Assembly (NCBI GenBank): GCA_965261395.1
Contig: OZ253462.1
Location: 2,912,001 to 2,976,000, forward strand
DNA length: 64,000 nucleotides
Direction of reading: 5' to 3'
Source: Candidatus Latescibacterota bacterium
GTDB taxonomy: Bacteria > Latescibacterota > UBA2968 > UBA8231
Positions 11,701 to 22,348 of this stretch are shown here, in pieces (position 1 is the first letter of the stretch; every line of letters starts with the position of its first letter). Position numbers and translations under genes: made by a program. The notes under the pieces were generated by a model, which saw nothing but the letters and a program-made list of their open reading frames with translations, searched no databases and was not told the origin of the DNA.

Positions 11701-13318
11701 CAGAAACTGCCTGAAAATCCTTGGCGGCCTTCGCACGGCTGCAAAAGCGGTGGGCTGCTTCGCTCGCCTTGTCCGCTACTTTTTCTCTCGTGCTCAGGGC
11801 ACACCCGGAATTTTCAGACAGCTTTTCAGCGGCGGCAAAGACGGAGACGATGATGCCTCTGCCGCCAATGATCTCCTATTGGTGGAGATACGAGATCTGG
11901 ATGCGCAGGCCCAATTCGACGAATTGATCCATGCGGACTTGCAGTCCATCTCGGACAACGCTGAGATCCTCGCTATGATCCTGCGTCCCCCGACATCGGC
12001 TGATGTCGATGTCCTGATCGCTCGCCATGCCGATGGCTCACTCAAACAGCAACGCGATCTGCTCACCTTATTGTCGATCCTCCCGGTTGAACTCACGGAC
12101 ACGGCTTGGTCATGGGTTGAAAGATGTGCGAAATGTCAAGACAATGATTCTCGCGGATTTGCATTCCGTATTCTAACCCATGCTGACCCAGTGCGGTTCG
12201 GTCAAATGCTTGAGACTGACGGTTGGTCTTGGAGTCAGGACGAGCATGACTGGGTCAACTATTACGGAATGGACGCTCTTATCAAGGCCACGCTGGCCCT
12301 TCCTTTCGATCAGTTAGCACCACGGCTTGCACCTTGGCGGCTATTGCAAGCTGCTCGGACGCGTGGTCCCGACCCTACCGAGGTACGACTGGCGGCTGAA
12401 CGCTTCGGTCAATTACTCGATGGGAGGCATCGCTCGAAAGCTATCTCCTACTGCGCGGAAGATTTCGTACCTGTTCTGCAACATACACCGGATATCGTCG
12501 AACAGTGGCTTGAGGGCTTTTGCGAGCCTACGGCTGATTTCCAGCGTCGTGTTCTTTTTGCTGAAAAGGCTTTTCTTGCACTCTGCGAGGCTCTCCTTGT
12601 ACACGACCCCGAGCGAGGCGTACAGTTGTGGAAAACCTTATGGAAAACCCTGAGCGTCACCATGGTACCGCGATACATCAGCACCGCAGACCTCTTACAC
12701 ATAATCTTTCGCGTTCCAGATTCACCGGCAGTAACGGTACTCCGAGACGAACTAGCTGGGCTAGAACATTGCCATACTGATCAGGCACTATTCAATCTGG
12801 CAATTGTTGCGTCCTGTAACGGTAAGGACGATTGGCTCGCCACTCTCATTAAGCAAGATCAAACATCGAAATTCGCTTGGCGACGGAAACGCGCCATAGT
12901 CCTCGCGGGCTTTACCGTGAACAATACGCTACCGGTTGAGGATGCTTGGCCTAGTGGAGAAATCAAAACAGGCTACGCCAATCTTGCTCAGAAAGCAGCT
13001 CGTTATAGGTGGGCCGAGGGATGTGCCCGCCACTGGTGGCGAGCCTACCTTGCGTCCTCTGATCCGACTAAGGCTTATGCCGCTTGGGTTTTGTTTTTGC
13101 GCTCGGCGGATCGTCGTTGTTGGGTATGGATGAACCAAGATATTGAAGCCGCACAAGAATCGGACGACTTCTTCAAGCTCAAGGTGATCCATGCTGGACT
13201 TAATCAAGGAAAGCTAGAGAATGCTTTGAAGAAGCGCGAGGACAAGCTCGACAAGAACTTTTTAGACCGTCGGATTTTTGCGGGTGTAGGTCCTTGGCCA
13301 AAATACGTACCGCGTTAG
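8762..13318 (+). CDS. Avs-like antiviral STAND NTPase with N-terminal PD-(D/E)xK nuclease and long helical sensor region
   Basis: GADAG..VECKKY nuclease motif, Walker A GLEGSGKT, Walker B IFFDGLN, VSTR and NPRL (GxP-like); 1518 aa; defence island context. Confidence 0.75.
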   Translation: MSLSTTKLDNQEKLKRELHNAPKASKLEHLAAALIGRLLDVPIAVAKSGFQHGADAGPAGQQGRRFRVECKKYSDNSSLSERELLGEIDQALARDEALEAWVLVATCSVSEQLRQSLNQHGERLGVPVLIIDWIDHEVAPLAALCAFAPDLVEKEFSKEAGAAACTLQPISEQAIERLRRDLQSWCLGFEAIRTRSHDKLNKIWNLPQESKAAIGQDAAGGAQNKKVKRSAVHEALNAWWQRPAQDGAPAAVVGLEGSGKTWATFHWLIDSKDTQPIVLITPSSAVAAIGNVSETIVKQLLADSLHEMSGIRNREHWLRRLDYLLKRPVCEGPVLTIFFDGLNQEPSVQWLRLLQVLQGETFAERVRVIVSTRNHHFEEKLSELRGLSVLAKRVDVDLYNTAPGSELDQMLEFENLTQADLHPDVIELARNPRLFKLVVRFRERLVEAGQITVHRLLWEYGRDTFGERTGESFSENEWRDWLKEIAQKRRNGIKEYSERSIGKMVNRPDLTKNEVYARFSDIIDGRFATRDPSGDLQLTPAVIAHALGVALLNHLDQVTSPKFDNLNAELTKWLDPIAGLDEQTEILRAAVSILVEQGCAAKAPVPGVLVTAWLQSQNIPDEHRQELVDLAPQLPNALLDAVEHSDSHAHDSARFWAVNALSTIPRDDSTVLDMIVKRSCGWLSIVSWDGDRQSDRLKRLIGSDTLGPITVVGVELELVDQSSGFLKDVVPSIVEGFPLANALPIFETATVALEVEDSIYRWDGLTWLCLLNEVDPDETATALRALSEEISCRQPEQGVHPDLPKRIAALLLRLTGQEGDEDAAVSMDPGIDRPPTYEEDYLPQPGRSWFPLERRHAQSVLADTELSLHSRIQRTAELWLDPNFEPPASFVAEVRAAATHIDVGKLNRHSILTPEDHDFERLEPVLARCAPDLLADLIRRKMRSMATCPPESRYRSAIHATGYLVLAGEDEAVAARALRLRNCLKILGGLRTAAKAVGCFARLVRYFFSRAQGTPGIFRQLFSGGKDGDDDASAANDLLLVEIRDLDAQAQFDELIHADLQSISDNAEILAMILRPPTSADVDVLIARHADGSLKQQRDLLTLLSILPVELTDTAWSWVERCAKCQDNDSRGFAFRILTHADPVRFGQMLETDGWSWSQDEHDWVNYYGMDALIKATLALPFDQLAPRLAPWRLLQAARTRGPDPTEVRLAAERFGQLLDGRHRSKAISYCAEDFVPVLQHTPDIVEQWLEGFCEPTADFQRRVLFAEKAFLALCEALLVHDPERGVQLWKTLWKTLSVTMVPRYISTADLLHIIFRVPDSPAVTVLRDELAGLEHCHTDQALFNLAIVASCNGKDDWLATLIKQDQTSKFAWRRKRAIVLAGFTVNNTLPVEDAWPSGEIKTGYANLAQKAARYRWAEGCARHWWRAYLASSDPTKAYAAWVLFLRSADRRCWVWMNQDIEAAQESDDFFKLKVIHAGLNQGKLENALKKREDKLDKNFLDRRIFAGVGPWPKYVPR
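11703..11825. mobile_element. 123 bp MITE related to the IS5/IS1031 element, inserted in frame in the Avs-like gene
   Basis: TIRs GAAACTGCCTGAAAATCC / AAAGCTGTCTGAAAATTCC resemble IS TIR GAAGCCGTCTGAAAAC; flanked by TCA duplication. Confidence 0.8.
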
Positions 13319-13536
13319 AGGGATTAAAGCGTTCTTGCCTTGCTACAAGACCACGAGGACCGCTAAGTTCAACTGCCAAACCCTAGCGCGAAAAGAGCAG
13401 TGTGCTCGTCCGTACTGTCTATTACCTGAGTGTGGACATGCCTAGGAGATAGCACTAGATTGAGATGGCTCGCAAACCAAGCGATAACGGCCTCGATCTC
13501 GCCCCAAATTTGGACTAGGAACGCCGGAGGTATAAG

Positions 13537-13845
13537 ATGACTAATGTTGACAAAAACGTCGAAATTAACTTGCCCCTCGAAAACCTCATTGACACCCTCT
13601 GCAAACTGCCTCCTGACACTCTGAGGGAAGTCAAACAAAGGATTGAAAGGCAACTCCAAGAACCTGATCAGTCTCAGGAGCCGTTGGATGACCTCCATGA
13701 GGACGACTTGTGGGGCTTGGGAGGGAATCGAGAAAGTGCCGACGGTGCGGATTCTCCGGCCTCGATAGAGGAGGTGCTCAGAATCACATCTAAGTTCAAA
13801 GGATCCATGGCAAAGATCGTGAGCGAAGAACGAGATGAACGATAA
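13537..13845 (+). CDS. Putative antitoxin (VapB-like)
   Basis: Small ORF translationally coupled to a PIN gene; C-terminus SMAKIVSEERDER. Confidence 0.6.
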   Translation: MTNVDKNVEINLPLENLIDTLCKLPPDTLREVKQRIERQLQEPDQSQEPLDDLHEDDLWGLGGNRESADGADSPASIEEVLRITSKFKGSMAKIVSEERDER

Positions 13846-14315
13846 TGGCTTTCTGTTTTTTTGACACGAGTGCTCTGATTAAATACTACCACGACGAGTT
13901 GGGAAGGCAGAAAGTCGTCGATCTCGTTGATAATCCAAACAATCGCATTTTTATTTCGCGGCTTGGACTGATAGAATGGCATTCGGCTTTCTTCCGTCTC
14001 ATGCGCATGAATACGTTTACCCAAGACGAGTTTCAGACGATACGGACTCGATTTCTTGCAGATATTCGGCAGCGGAAATTTCTTATTCAGCCTTTTGAAC
14101 TCACACACCAAAACCAAGCTGTTCGCCTGCTCGCCCGTTATTCTTTCACCGAAAGGTTACGGACCTTAGACGCTCTTCAGCTTGCCGTTGCTCTTCATGT
14201 AAACAGCCATACACCTCTCGATTATTTTGTTTGTGCTGATAGCCCCTTCTGTCAGATAGCCGCACCCGTGCCCGACGAAGACCCGGCAGACCTGATCCGA
14301 GAGGTGGAGGAATGA
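13845..14315 (+). CDS. vapC: VapC PIN-domain toxin; C-terminus replaced by the 750 bp duplicated segment from 14264
   Basis: FFDTSALIKYY, LRTLDALQLA, FVCAD motifs. Confidence 0.85.
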   Translation: MAFCFFDTSALIKYYHDELGRQKVVDLVDNPNNRIFISRLGLIEWHSAFFRLMRMNTFTQDEFQTIRTRFLADIRQRKFLIQPFELTHQNQAVRLLARYSFTERLRTLDALQLAVALHVNSHTPLDYFVCADSPFCQIAAPVPDEDPADLIREVEE

Positions 14316-14647
14316 CACAAGTTACCGACGAGCTCCTCGACCAGATGGTCCAGGCCATTGTCGAAGAGGTTGATCCCGAACAGGTGATCCTCTTCGGCTC
14401 TCGCGCTCGCGGCGACGCGCGGGAAGATTCGGATGTCGATCTGGTGGTGGTGGAGGCCGAGCCGTTTGGACAAGACCGGAGCCGGCACCAAGAGGCGGTC
14501 CGACTGTACAAGGTGCTCGCCGGATCGGGCGTTTCAAAGGACATCCTCGTTTATAGCCGCGACGACGTCGAGTACTGGCGCGACTCCCTCAACCACGTCT
14601 TGGCGCGGGCGTTGCGGGAGGGGAGGGTGCTCTATGAGCGACCTTAA
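14312..14647 (+). CDS. MNT antitoxin (duplicate copy)
   Basis: Near-identical to 6840-7175. Confidence 0.9.
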   Translation: MTQVTDELLDQMVQAIVEEVDPEQVILFGSRARGDAREDSDVDLVVVEAEPFGQDRSRHQEAVRLYKVLAGSGVSKDILVYSRDDVEYWRDSLNHVLARALREGRVLYERP

Positions 14648-15026
14648 ATGTGTGCGCGTGCTGTTGGCCGCCGCAGACCGCGACATCGAGATACTGCAAC
14701 TCATGCACGATTCCACCGGCGGCCCCGATGAGATTTTCGGCTTCCACGCGCAACAAGCCGCCGAGAAGTCGCTCAAGGCGTGGCTTGCTCTCCTTGGAGA
14801 GGTGTACCCGTTGACGCATGATCTCGATGCCCTCATCGAGAGGCTCTCCGGGAGAAATGCCGATGTAGGCAGGTATCGGGGGTTGGCGGTCTACAGTGCA
14901 TTCGCCGTTCAGTTTCGATACGAGGGAATGACCGAGGGAATCTCCATTGATCGCGAACACGCTCTGCATCTTGTGAGTGCCCTTCTGCAACAGGTCCGGC
15001 GGATGGCGGAGGTGGCGGAGGCGTGA
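14634..15026 (+). CDS. HEPN toxin (duplicate copy)
   Basis: Near-identical to 7162-7551. Confidence 0.88.
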   Translation: MSDLKCVRVLLAAADRDIEILQLMHDSTGGPDEIFGFHAQQAAEKSLKAWLALLGEVYPLTHDLDALIERLSGRNADVGRYRGLAVYSAFAVQFRYEGMTEGISIDREHALHLVSALLQQVRRMAEVAEA

Positions 15027-15100
15027 TGGAGTGGCCTGTGGCCCAGCTTGGAGACGTTGTCCAAGCGTTCATCAGCGGCGGTGCTCCGACCACCAAGGTT
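15023..15100 (+). pseudogene. N-terminal stub of a type I RM specificity subunit (hsdS-like)
   Basis: MEWPVAQLGDVVQAFISGGAPTTK resembles HsdS start W...LGD..SG.TP; related stub at 17122-17180 (LADVAQEFISGS). Confidence 0.55.
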
Positions 15101-15284
15101 GGCGCGCCAGCCTTTAAGCCGTAAGCCCCAAGCGTTCACGCTTGAGCTTTACATCAAATTCTGTGATAAGCCTAAAGCATTTCAATACCGAAGCGGAAGA
15201 AATAGGCGTGGGTGATGGGCAGGTTGATGCCAGCGGTGCGCGTTTTGACCTAGGTAAGAACTGGATCCACTGAGGTAGATCGCC

Positions 15285-15851
15285 ATGCTCAAAGAAGGTC
15301 AACTCGTCAAAGCCATTCCCCTAGAAGGAAGACAGGTGCTATGCCGCTATCCGCGCTGGCAGGACATACCCTCGTACGTCGAAATGTGCCAGATTCTGCA
15401 CCGCGAGCGGGTGCGGGCCTATCACGCTGATACGGATTTCGCCCTGGGCTGCCAACGCTTGGCCCAGATCATGGTCGAAGTCGAGACAGGTCAGGCCTCC
15501 CACCTTTTGCTGGAGGTGGATGGACGCATTATCGGCGAGGGCCGCATGGCCCCCCACAACCGGGTCATGGGGATTTTGGGAATCAAAATCATCGGCGAGT
15601 ACCAGGGTCGGCACCTGGGCACGGCGCTGATGGGAGTTTTGGAGGAAGAGGCGCGCAAAATGGAGCTGCAGCAGATTTACCTGACTGTATTCGCCAATAA
15701 CACCCCTGCCCGCCGTTTGTACGAAAAGGTCGGTTACCGGCAAGTGGGGCGCATTGCCGAATGGTTCAGTGAAGAGGACGAAGACGGTCCTATTGCACTG
15801 GTGGACAGAATAGATATGATGAAACACATAGAGCCGGAGACTCGAGAATGA
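15285..15851 (+). CDS. GNAT family N-acetyltransferase
   Basis: YQGRHLG motif A, NTPARRLYEKVGY. Confidence 0.85.
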   Translation: MLKEGQLVKAIPLEGRQVLCRYPRWQDIPSYVEMCQILHRERVRAYHADTDFALGCQRLAQIMVEVETGQASHLLLEVDGRIIGEGRMAPHNRVMGILGIKIIGEYQGRHLGTALMGVLEEEARKMELQQIYLTVFANNTPARRLYEKVGYRQVGRIAEWFSEEDEDGPIALVDRIDMMKHIEPETRE

Positions 15852-15920
15852 AGACACCTGCGATCATTTTCACCGACGACGGCTGGCGTCTTAGATCTGT
15901 AAATTCATAGAGGAGACCAA

Positions 15921-16331
15921 ATGTCAGAGCATCCCAAGCCAACCTGTAAAGTGGTTCGTGGCGGAGAAACCTACGAAGGCAAACAGGCACTCACCTATAT
16001 TTCGGGGATCGCCGCCGAGACCACCGGCTCGCAGAGAATTTGCATGCACCTGCTGAACATGCCTCCTAAAGGACGAGCCAAGGCATACCTGCACGAAAAC
16101 CACGAGACAGCTATTTATGTCATCAGCGGCCAAGCTGGAATGTGGTATGGCGAGCGGCTGGAGGAGCATGAATCCATCAACAGCGGCGACTTTATTTACA
16201 TCCCCGCCGGCGTCCCTCACCTTCCCTACAATCCCAGCGAGACTGAAACCTGTACTGCTGTGATCGCCCGGACGGACCCCAACGAACAAGAGAGCGTTAA
16301 ACTCTTACCCGAACTGGACGAGATACACTAA
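15921..16331 (+). CDS. Cupin domain protein
   Basis: HENHETAIY..G, GDFIYIPAGVPH. Confidence 0.9.
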   Translation: MSEHPKPTCKVVRGGETYEGKQALTYISGIAAETTGSQRICMHLLNMPPKGRAKAYLHENHETAIYVISGQAGMWYGERLEEHESINSGDFIYIPAGVPHLPYNPSETETCTAVIARTDPNEQESVKLLPELDEIH

Positions 16332-16373
16332 AACATCTACTCAACCTTTTTCTCTACTCGCCGGACGCTTCCA

Positions 16374-16748
16374 ATGACACCCAATGAGCCAAAAGCCCCC
16401 ACCGCCAGAGGAATGGCACCCGTCACCGACGCGCTTCTCGACCAGATGGTTCAGGCCATCGTCGCCGAGGTCGATCCCGAGCAGGTGATCCTCTTCGGCT
16501 CTCGCGCCCGTGGCGACGCGCGGGAAGATTCGGATGTCGATCTGGTGGTGGTGGAGGCCGAGCCGTTTGGGAAGACTCGGAGTCGACGTTTAGAGGCCGT
16601 GCGCCTGTGGAAATCTCTATCGGGTTTTATCGTCCCGAAAGACATCCTCGTCTATAGCCGCGACGAAGTCGATTACTGGCGAGACTCCGGCAGCCATGTT
16701 CTAGCGCGTGCATTGCGGGAAGGGCGGGTGCTCTATGAGCGACCTTGA
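16374..16748 (+). CDS. MNT antitoxin (diverged paralogue)
   Basis: GSRARGD/DSDVDL motif. Confidence 0.88.
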   Translation: MTPNEPKAPTARGMAPVTDALLDQMVQAIVAEVDPEQVILFGSRARGDAREDSDVDLVVVEAEPFGKTRSRRLEAVRLWKSLSGFIVPKDILVYSRDEVDYWRDSGSHVLARALREGRVLYERP

Positions 16749-17125
16749 TAAGGCCCGTACCCTGCTAGAGGCGGCTGAGCGTGACCTCCGCGCCCTTCGA
16801 GGCATGAGCGACCCAATGGTCTTCGCTGACGAGATCGTCGGGTTCCACGCTCAACAGGCCGCTGAGAAATTACTCAAGGCTTGCCTTGCTAGGGGAGCCG
16901 TTCCCGTTCACTCACGATATAGATTACTTGCTACGGCTTGTAGAAAAACGCGGGCTCGGAGTGGAGCGATTTGAAGAGCTGATCGAGTACAACCCGTATG
17001 CTGTGCAATTTCGCTACGAATCCTACGACTCGGACGCCGAGCCAATCGACCGGGAAGAAGCCGTCCAGCGTTTGGAAGCGTTACGTCAGCAGGTCCGACG
17101 GCTGGCAGAGGTGGAGGGGGAGTGA
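16735..17125 (+). pseudogene. Frameshifted HEPN toxin
   Basis: FHAQQAAEKLLKA in one frame, FPFTHDI..VQFRY in another; shift near 16885. Confidence 0.8.
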
Positions 17126-20100
17126 TAGACCGGCTGGCAGACGTAGCCCAAGAGTTCATCAGTGGTAGCGCTTCGATCCTCGAAATTCCCCCTCTTTCAT
17201 TTTTAATTAAACAGAAATTTGCAGACTGAAATGCGCTTCCTTCCAAACGGACTGAACATTCCAGACGAACTGCTTGAAGCACGCGACCAAGGGAACGTCG
17301 TGTTCCTGTGCGGGGCAGGCGTTTCCTATCCCGCCGGAATGCCAAATTTCTTGGAATTGGCAAAGTATGTGGTCGAAGAACTGGGGGCACCACAAGACGC
17401 GCCCTCGCGTAAGATGCTGTCGATGTGGGACAACGAGGATATACCAGAAGACGCACGTCCTTCGCTCGATCAGATATTCAACCTCCTTCAACAGAAAGAA
17501 TACGCGCCGGGCGAAATTATTGACTACCTAATTGCGAAGCGGCTGAGAACTAAGCCTAGGGCTTGCGTCTCGACACACGAGACGATCTTACGCCTGTCTA
17601 AGGGTGCTGACGGCAAGCCTCAGATTGTCACGACGAACTTCGATCTTCTCTTCGAGCGAGCCGCTAACCAAAAATTGAAAACCTATGTTCCGCCAACGCT
17701 GCCCGATTTGGCCAATGGACAGCCGTTAAATGGACTTGTCTATCTCCACGGTCGGATTAATTCTAGGATCAAACGAGGTGAAGGTCGACAGGGATTAGTC
17801 GTAAGTAGTTCGGATTTCGGGCGGGCCTACTTAGCAGAGGGCTGGGCGACGCGCTTCATTCGCTACCTCCTCGATCAGTACACCGTTATTCTGCTTGGAT
17901 ATTCCGCAAACGATCCACCCGTCAGATACTTGCTTCAGGGTCTGCACTCCCAGCGACGTGGGAGTCGGGCGAAGCTCTTCGCGTTCGACCGTGGGACTGA
18001 AGAAGAAATCCAGCCACGTTGGCGAGATAGCGGAGTTCGGGTGCTCGCTTATCCTGCGACAGACGATTCCCACTCTGCCTTATGGGACACCCTCTCAGCG
18101 TGGGCAGATCGCGCAGACGACCCCTTGGCGTGGCGGCAACGAATCGTTGATCTAGCTAGAAAAGGACCGAGAAATCTTGAGCCATACGAACGCGGTCAGG
18201 TCGCATCGCTCGTCAGAACCGAAGTCGGTACAAAGCTGTTCGCGGATGCCGATCCGCCTCCGCCCGGAGAATGGTTGTGCGTGTTCGACCGTAATTTTCG
18301 GTATGGGGAGGTTGGTATTCAATCAGATGATTCACAGCCCGCCTTTGATCCGTTTATTGAATACAGCTTGGACGATGATCCTCCTCGTCCATCAGAGAAT
18401 CGGCTTCAGGCTGATCCGCTGGGTGACGATCTTTTATCGCTGAAACCTACGGATCGCCGCATCAATGATGATACAAGACTGGCAAAGAATGGCCGCCATT
18501 GGACCGAGCCTTTATCGTTCAGATTGCTTCACCTTGCTCGATGGATCGCAAAGATAGCACACGAGCCGGTCGTGCCGTGGTGGTCAGCGCAGTACTCGAG
18601 CCTTCATCCCAAGTTGCTTGACGAGATTGAACGGCGTGTCGAACGCGCTGTTGACGAGCTACCAAGTTTGGCCCGATTGACTTGGAGATTGTTGATCGAA
18701 AAATTCCACACGGCCCCCGATGATCCCTATGGACTTAGAGTGTATTGGGACAAAATGCGCCAACGGATTGAGACCGAGGGTTGGACTAACAGTTTCCTCC
18801 GAGAATTCGAGCGAAACGTAATGCCCTATATAGAGACTGAGGCACCTTCACGCCTTGATGTCTCTCGCCCCCCAGATAGAGATTGGTCGCAGCTTCGTCT
18901 GAACTACATTGCGAGATTCAAGGTCGCGTTCCCGACCCCCATCGGACAACGACCCGAAATCCCCAATGATGTTCTACCGAAGATTTATCAGATTGTCCGC
19001 AGGCACTTGGAATTGGCGACGGGACTGCTGGCGGATATCGGAACTAGCTACTGGAAAACCTCGACTTTCTACCCGGAAGACAGGACCGGAGAGAACTATA
19101 TCAGCGGCGAGAGCCCTTGCGCTTATCTCTTTTGGTTCCGCGTCTTGTTCGACCAGATGGTTAAAGCACATCCAGAGTTGGTTAGGGCCGACATGGCTCT
19201 CTGGCCAAAGGAAGATCCCTTTTTCTTTAACAAACTCCACCTATACGCCGGGACCTTCGATGTCCTTTTCTCTGGAGATGCAGTTGGGGATGGACTCCTA
19301 TCGCTTTCTGATAAGGGATTCTGGGAAAAGGATTACCGCCGGGAGTTGCTTCATCTCTTAAAGCGTCGCTGGCATGAGTTGCCTTCGGACAAGCGCGAAC
19401 TGGTGGAACGGCGCTTGATCGATGGCCGAGCAAGATACGACAGTGAATCGGAAGAGGACTTTGAGCAAAGGTGTTCAACCGAGTCTGCTATAGTCTTGGA
19501 TTGGCTTATAAACCAAGGCTGCGAGCTTGGCAGGGAAGCACGTTCAGTCCTGCCTAGTCTCCGCAGTGCTGATCCACGTTGGCGTCCAGAATGGGCCGAA
19601 ATTGCTGATGAAAGTCGTGAGGGTAGAGTAGTATCTATTGAAACAGACTCCGATCCATCTCTCATTATTGACGCTCCGATTAGTCAGATTATTCCATTGG
19701 CTAGACAGCATACAGGACGTGCGTTCCCTGAACCTACTGTTTATAGCCCCTTTGATGGGTTAGTCGAACAACATCCTGTCAGAGCCGTTGCCGCCCTGAC
19801 GCACGCAGCGCGACGAGGCGACTATCCGGCGGAATTTTGGTGCTCTGCACTTCAAGAGTGGCCGGATGAAGCGCGACATCGCCTTAGCTGGCTGTTCGGT
19901 GCGAGGCTGGCACGGCTCCCCTCGAAAACTGTAGTCGAATTGCGAGACGATGTGTTTGGCTGGTTGCGGAAGCATTTGCCGAAGCTGGCCGCACAGGATC
20001 AACCTCGCGCCCTGAGCATATTCGATGTACTGCTCGAAAAGCTATTCACAGGTGAGGAAGAGGTGGAGCAGAGCGGAGAGCATCAAGATCGATCGCGTAG

Positions 20101-20365
20101 GACACACAACTACGTAGTAAGCGCACCCGTCGACAAGGCGACCGTATTGCTTCTCGAGCTTTTGAATTCACAAGGCCCTAGAGTAGGATCGAGCATTCCG
20201 CCAGAAATCAAATCGAGGCTCGAACGCCTATTCGACGCTCCCGGCGAAGGCGCTGATCACGCGGTTTACGTCGTTGCTAGTCAACTCAGGTGGCTCAATG
20301 ATATTGACCCGGAATGGGTTCGTGCTACAATTGTGCCTTGGTTCGACTTGGAGCATCCGGTGTCA

Positions 20366-21295
20366 GAAGCCGTCTGAAAACTCTAATTTTCATTTGATTC
20401 GTTTAAGTAGCAAGTGGATCATGGCAATCTGGATCAAGGCTTCACTATGGCGGGTCAAGACCTCATAATCTCTCGCATGTCGGCGAAAATTCATCAACCA
20501 CGCCAAGGTGCGCTCGACGACCCACCGGCGTTTAACTAGGGTAAATCCGGAGCCTTGTTTGGCGACGACTTCCAAGTCTATTTTGTGCGTCTTTTTTTGG
20601 TTGGCCACCCACGTTCGGATGGCCTCGCCTTGGTAGCCGCCATCAACCCACAGCTTGCGTAACCGAGCCACTCCGGCGGCCTTCAAGCGGGTCAACACCT
20701 GCTTCAAACCCTCTCGATCATCGACATCGGCGGCGGTGACCACCACCTGTCGAAGCAAACCCGACGTGTCCACCAACAAATGCCGTTTGCGGCCTTTGAT
20801 CTTTTTACCGGCGTCATACCCGGTTGTTTTACCATGCGTTGCGGTCTTAATCGTCTGACTATCGACGCAGCCAGCCGACGGCATCGCCGCCCGGCCGCTC
20901 TGGCGGCGTTCCCGCTTGGTCAACCGATCCAACACCGGCGGCCAGACCCCTTGCAGGCTCCAGCGACGAAAGTAATCATACCCCGTTTTCCACGGCCCAA
21001 AACAAGCAGGCAACAAAGCCCAAGGACACCCCGTCTTGTTCAAATATAAAAGGCCGTTGACGATTTGGCGTCGATCCCGCGGCGGCCGACCCGGACCGTG
21101 AAGCCGCCAGCGCGGCGCGGGCAGCAACGGTTCGATCCGCTGCCATTGTCCATCGGTTAGATCGGTGGCATATTGCCTACGCGGCGTACTCATTATACAA
21201 GCCTTTCTGTTCAGATTTTGTGGTGAAACCTGAATATGGCTCGATGAGTACGCCCTTTCAAATTCGGCTACATCAGAGGGTTTTCAGACGGCTTC
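20366..21295 (-). mobile_element. IS5 family (IS1031-like) insertion sequence
   Basis: TIRs GAAGCCGTCTGAAAAC at both ends, 3 bp TCA target duplication. Confidence 0.93.
20390..21193 (-). CDS. IS5 family transposase
   Basis: YATDLTDGQW, DSQT, GKKIKGRKRH, DGGY, RWVVERT motifs. Confidence 0.95.
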   Translation of the reverse strand: MSTPRRQYATDLTDGQWQRIEPLLPAPRWRLHGPGRPPRDRRQIVNGLLYLNKTGCPWALLPACFGPWKTGYDYFRRWSLQGVWPPVLDRLTKRERRQSGRAAMPSAGCVDSQTIKTATHGKTTGYDAGKKIKGRKRHLLVDTSGLLRQVVVTAADVDDREGLKQVLTRLKAAGVARLRKLWVDGGYQGEAIRTWVANQKKTHKIDLEVVAKQGSGFTLVKRRWVVERTLAWLMNFRRHARDYEVLTRHSEALIQIAMIHLLLKRIK

Positions 21296-22009
21296 TCAGA
21301 ATCCGCATGGAACGGCTTCTCGGACGATTGGCTACCAAAACCGGAACTATTCTCGCTGATCAAATCCGACTTCTTGAACGCGATTGTTCATGCAGCGAGG
21401 TGGAACTGGGACGATCATTCTCTTCAAAAACTGCATGAATTTCTAGTTCTCGGCTGCTTCTGGCACCAAGACTATGGTCCCTATATCACCTTTGAGGAGA
21501 CCCGCCAAGTCCTACAGAATACCAACGACAGTGGCCGCGCTCATAGCCTCTGGTTTTTCACCCGAATCATCGATAAAAACCACGCTTGGCGACGCTTTGG
21601 CAAGCCCTTCTTGGAAAGGGCTTGGCCGAGGGAGACTCGTTTCCAGACGGAGGAGACATCGCAGCATCTTGTAGCGTTAGCAAAAGGGGCTGGCGACTTC
21701 TTCCCCGAGGTGGTCCAAACTATTCTTCCCTATCTGGTTCCAATGTCCCGGAACGTCGGCTTCGTGTCTTCCCTAGCTCGGCAGAGTGATGAAGAGACGG
21801 GTGGATTGCAAACGCGGTTTCCAGATGCTACGCTGATGCTCATCAATAAGATAATTCCAGACGATCCTGACCAAGTGCCATACGACTTGGATTCGTTGAT
21901 TGAGATGATTGCAGAAGCCAAGCCAGGCCTTCGCCAAGATAGCCGATGGCGGCGGTTGAAGGCCCTCACACTCCGCGAGTAAATCGCACCAAATTCTATG
22001 ACACGACCG

Positions 22010-22316
22010 AAATTTGGACTAGGAACGCCGGAGGTATAAGATGACTAATGTTGACAAAAACGTCGAAATTAACTTGCCCCTCGAAAACCTCATTGACACC
22101 CTCTGCAAACTGCCTCCTGACACTCTGGTGGTATGGCGAGCGGCTGGAGGAGCATGAAGACATCAACAGCGGCGACTTTATTTATATCCCCGCCGGCATC
22201 CCTCACCTTCCCTACAATCCCAGCGAGACGGAAACCTGCACTGCTGTGATCGCCCGGACGGACCCCAACGAACAAGAGAGCGTTAAACTCTTACCCGAAC
22301 TAGACGGGATACACTG
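22010..22316 (+). repeat. Chimeric relic: copy of 13506-13623 (vapB 5' end) fused to copy of 16142-16329 (cupin 3' end)
   Basis: Near-exact identity to both sources, junction at 22127/22128. Confidence 0.9.
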
Positions 22317-22348
22317 CGGAGCCATCATTTCGAGATAGGGGTTTCCCA

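Larger units (their letters stand above)
17231..21982 (+). pseudogene. Dsr1-like SIR2 anti-phage NADase interrupted by IS5
   Basis: FLCGAGVS, TTNFD, YLHG, LGYSANDPP SIR2 motifs; removing the IS plus one TCA joins ..HPVS to ESAWNGF.. in frame, about 1272 aa. Confidence 0.85.
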
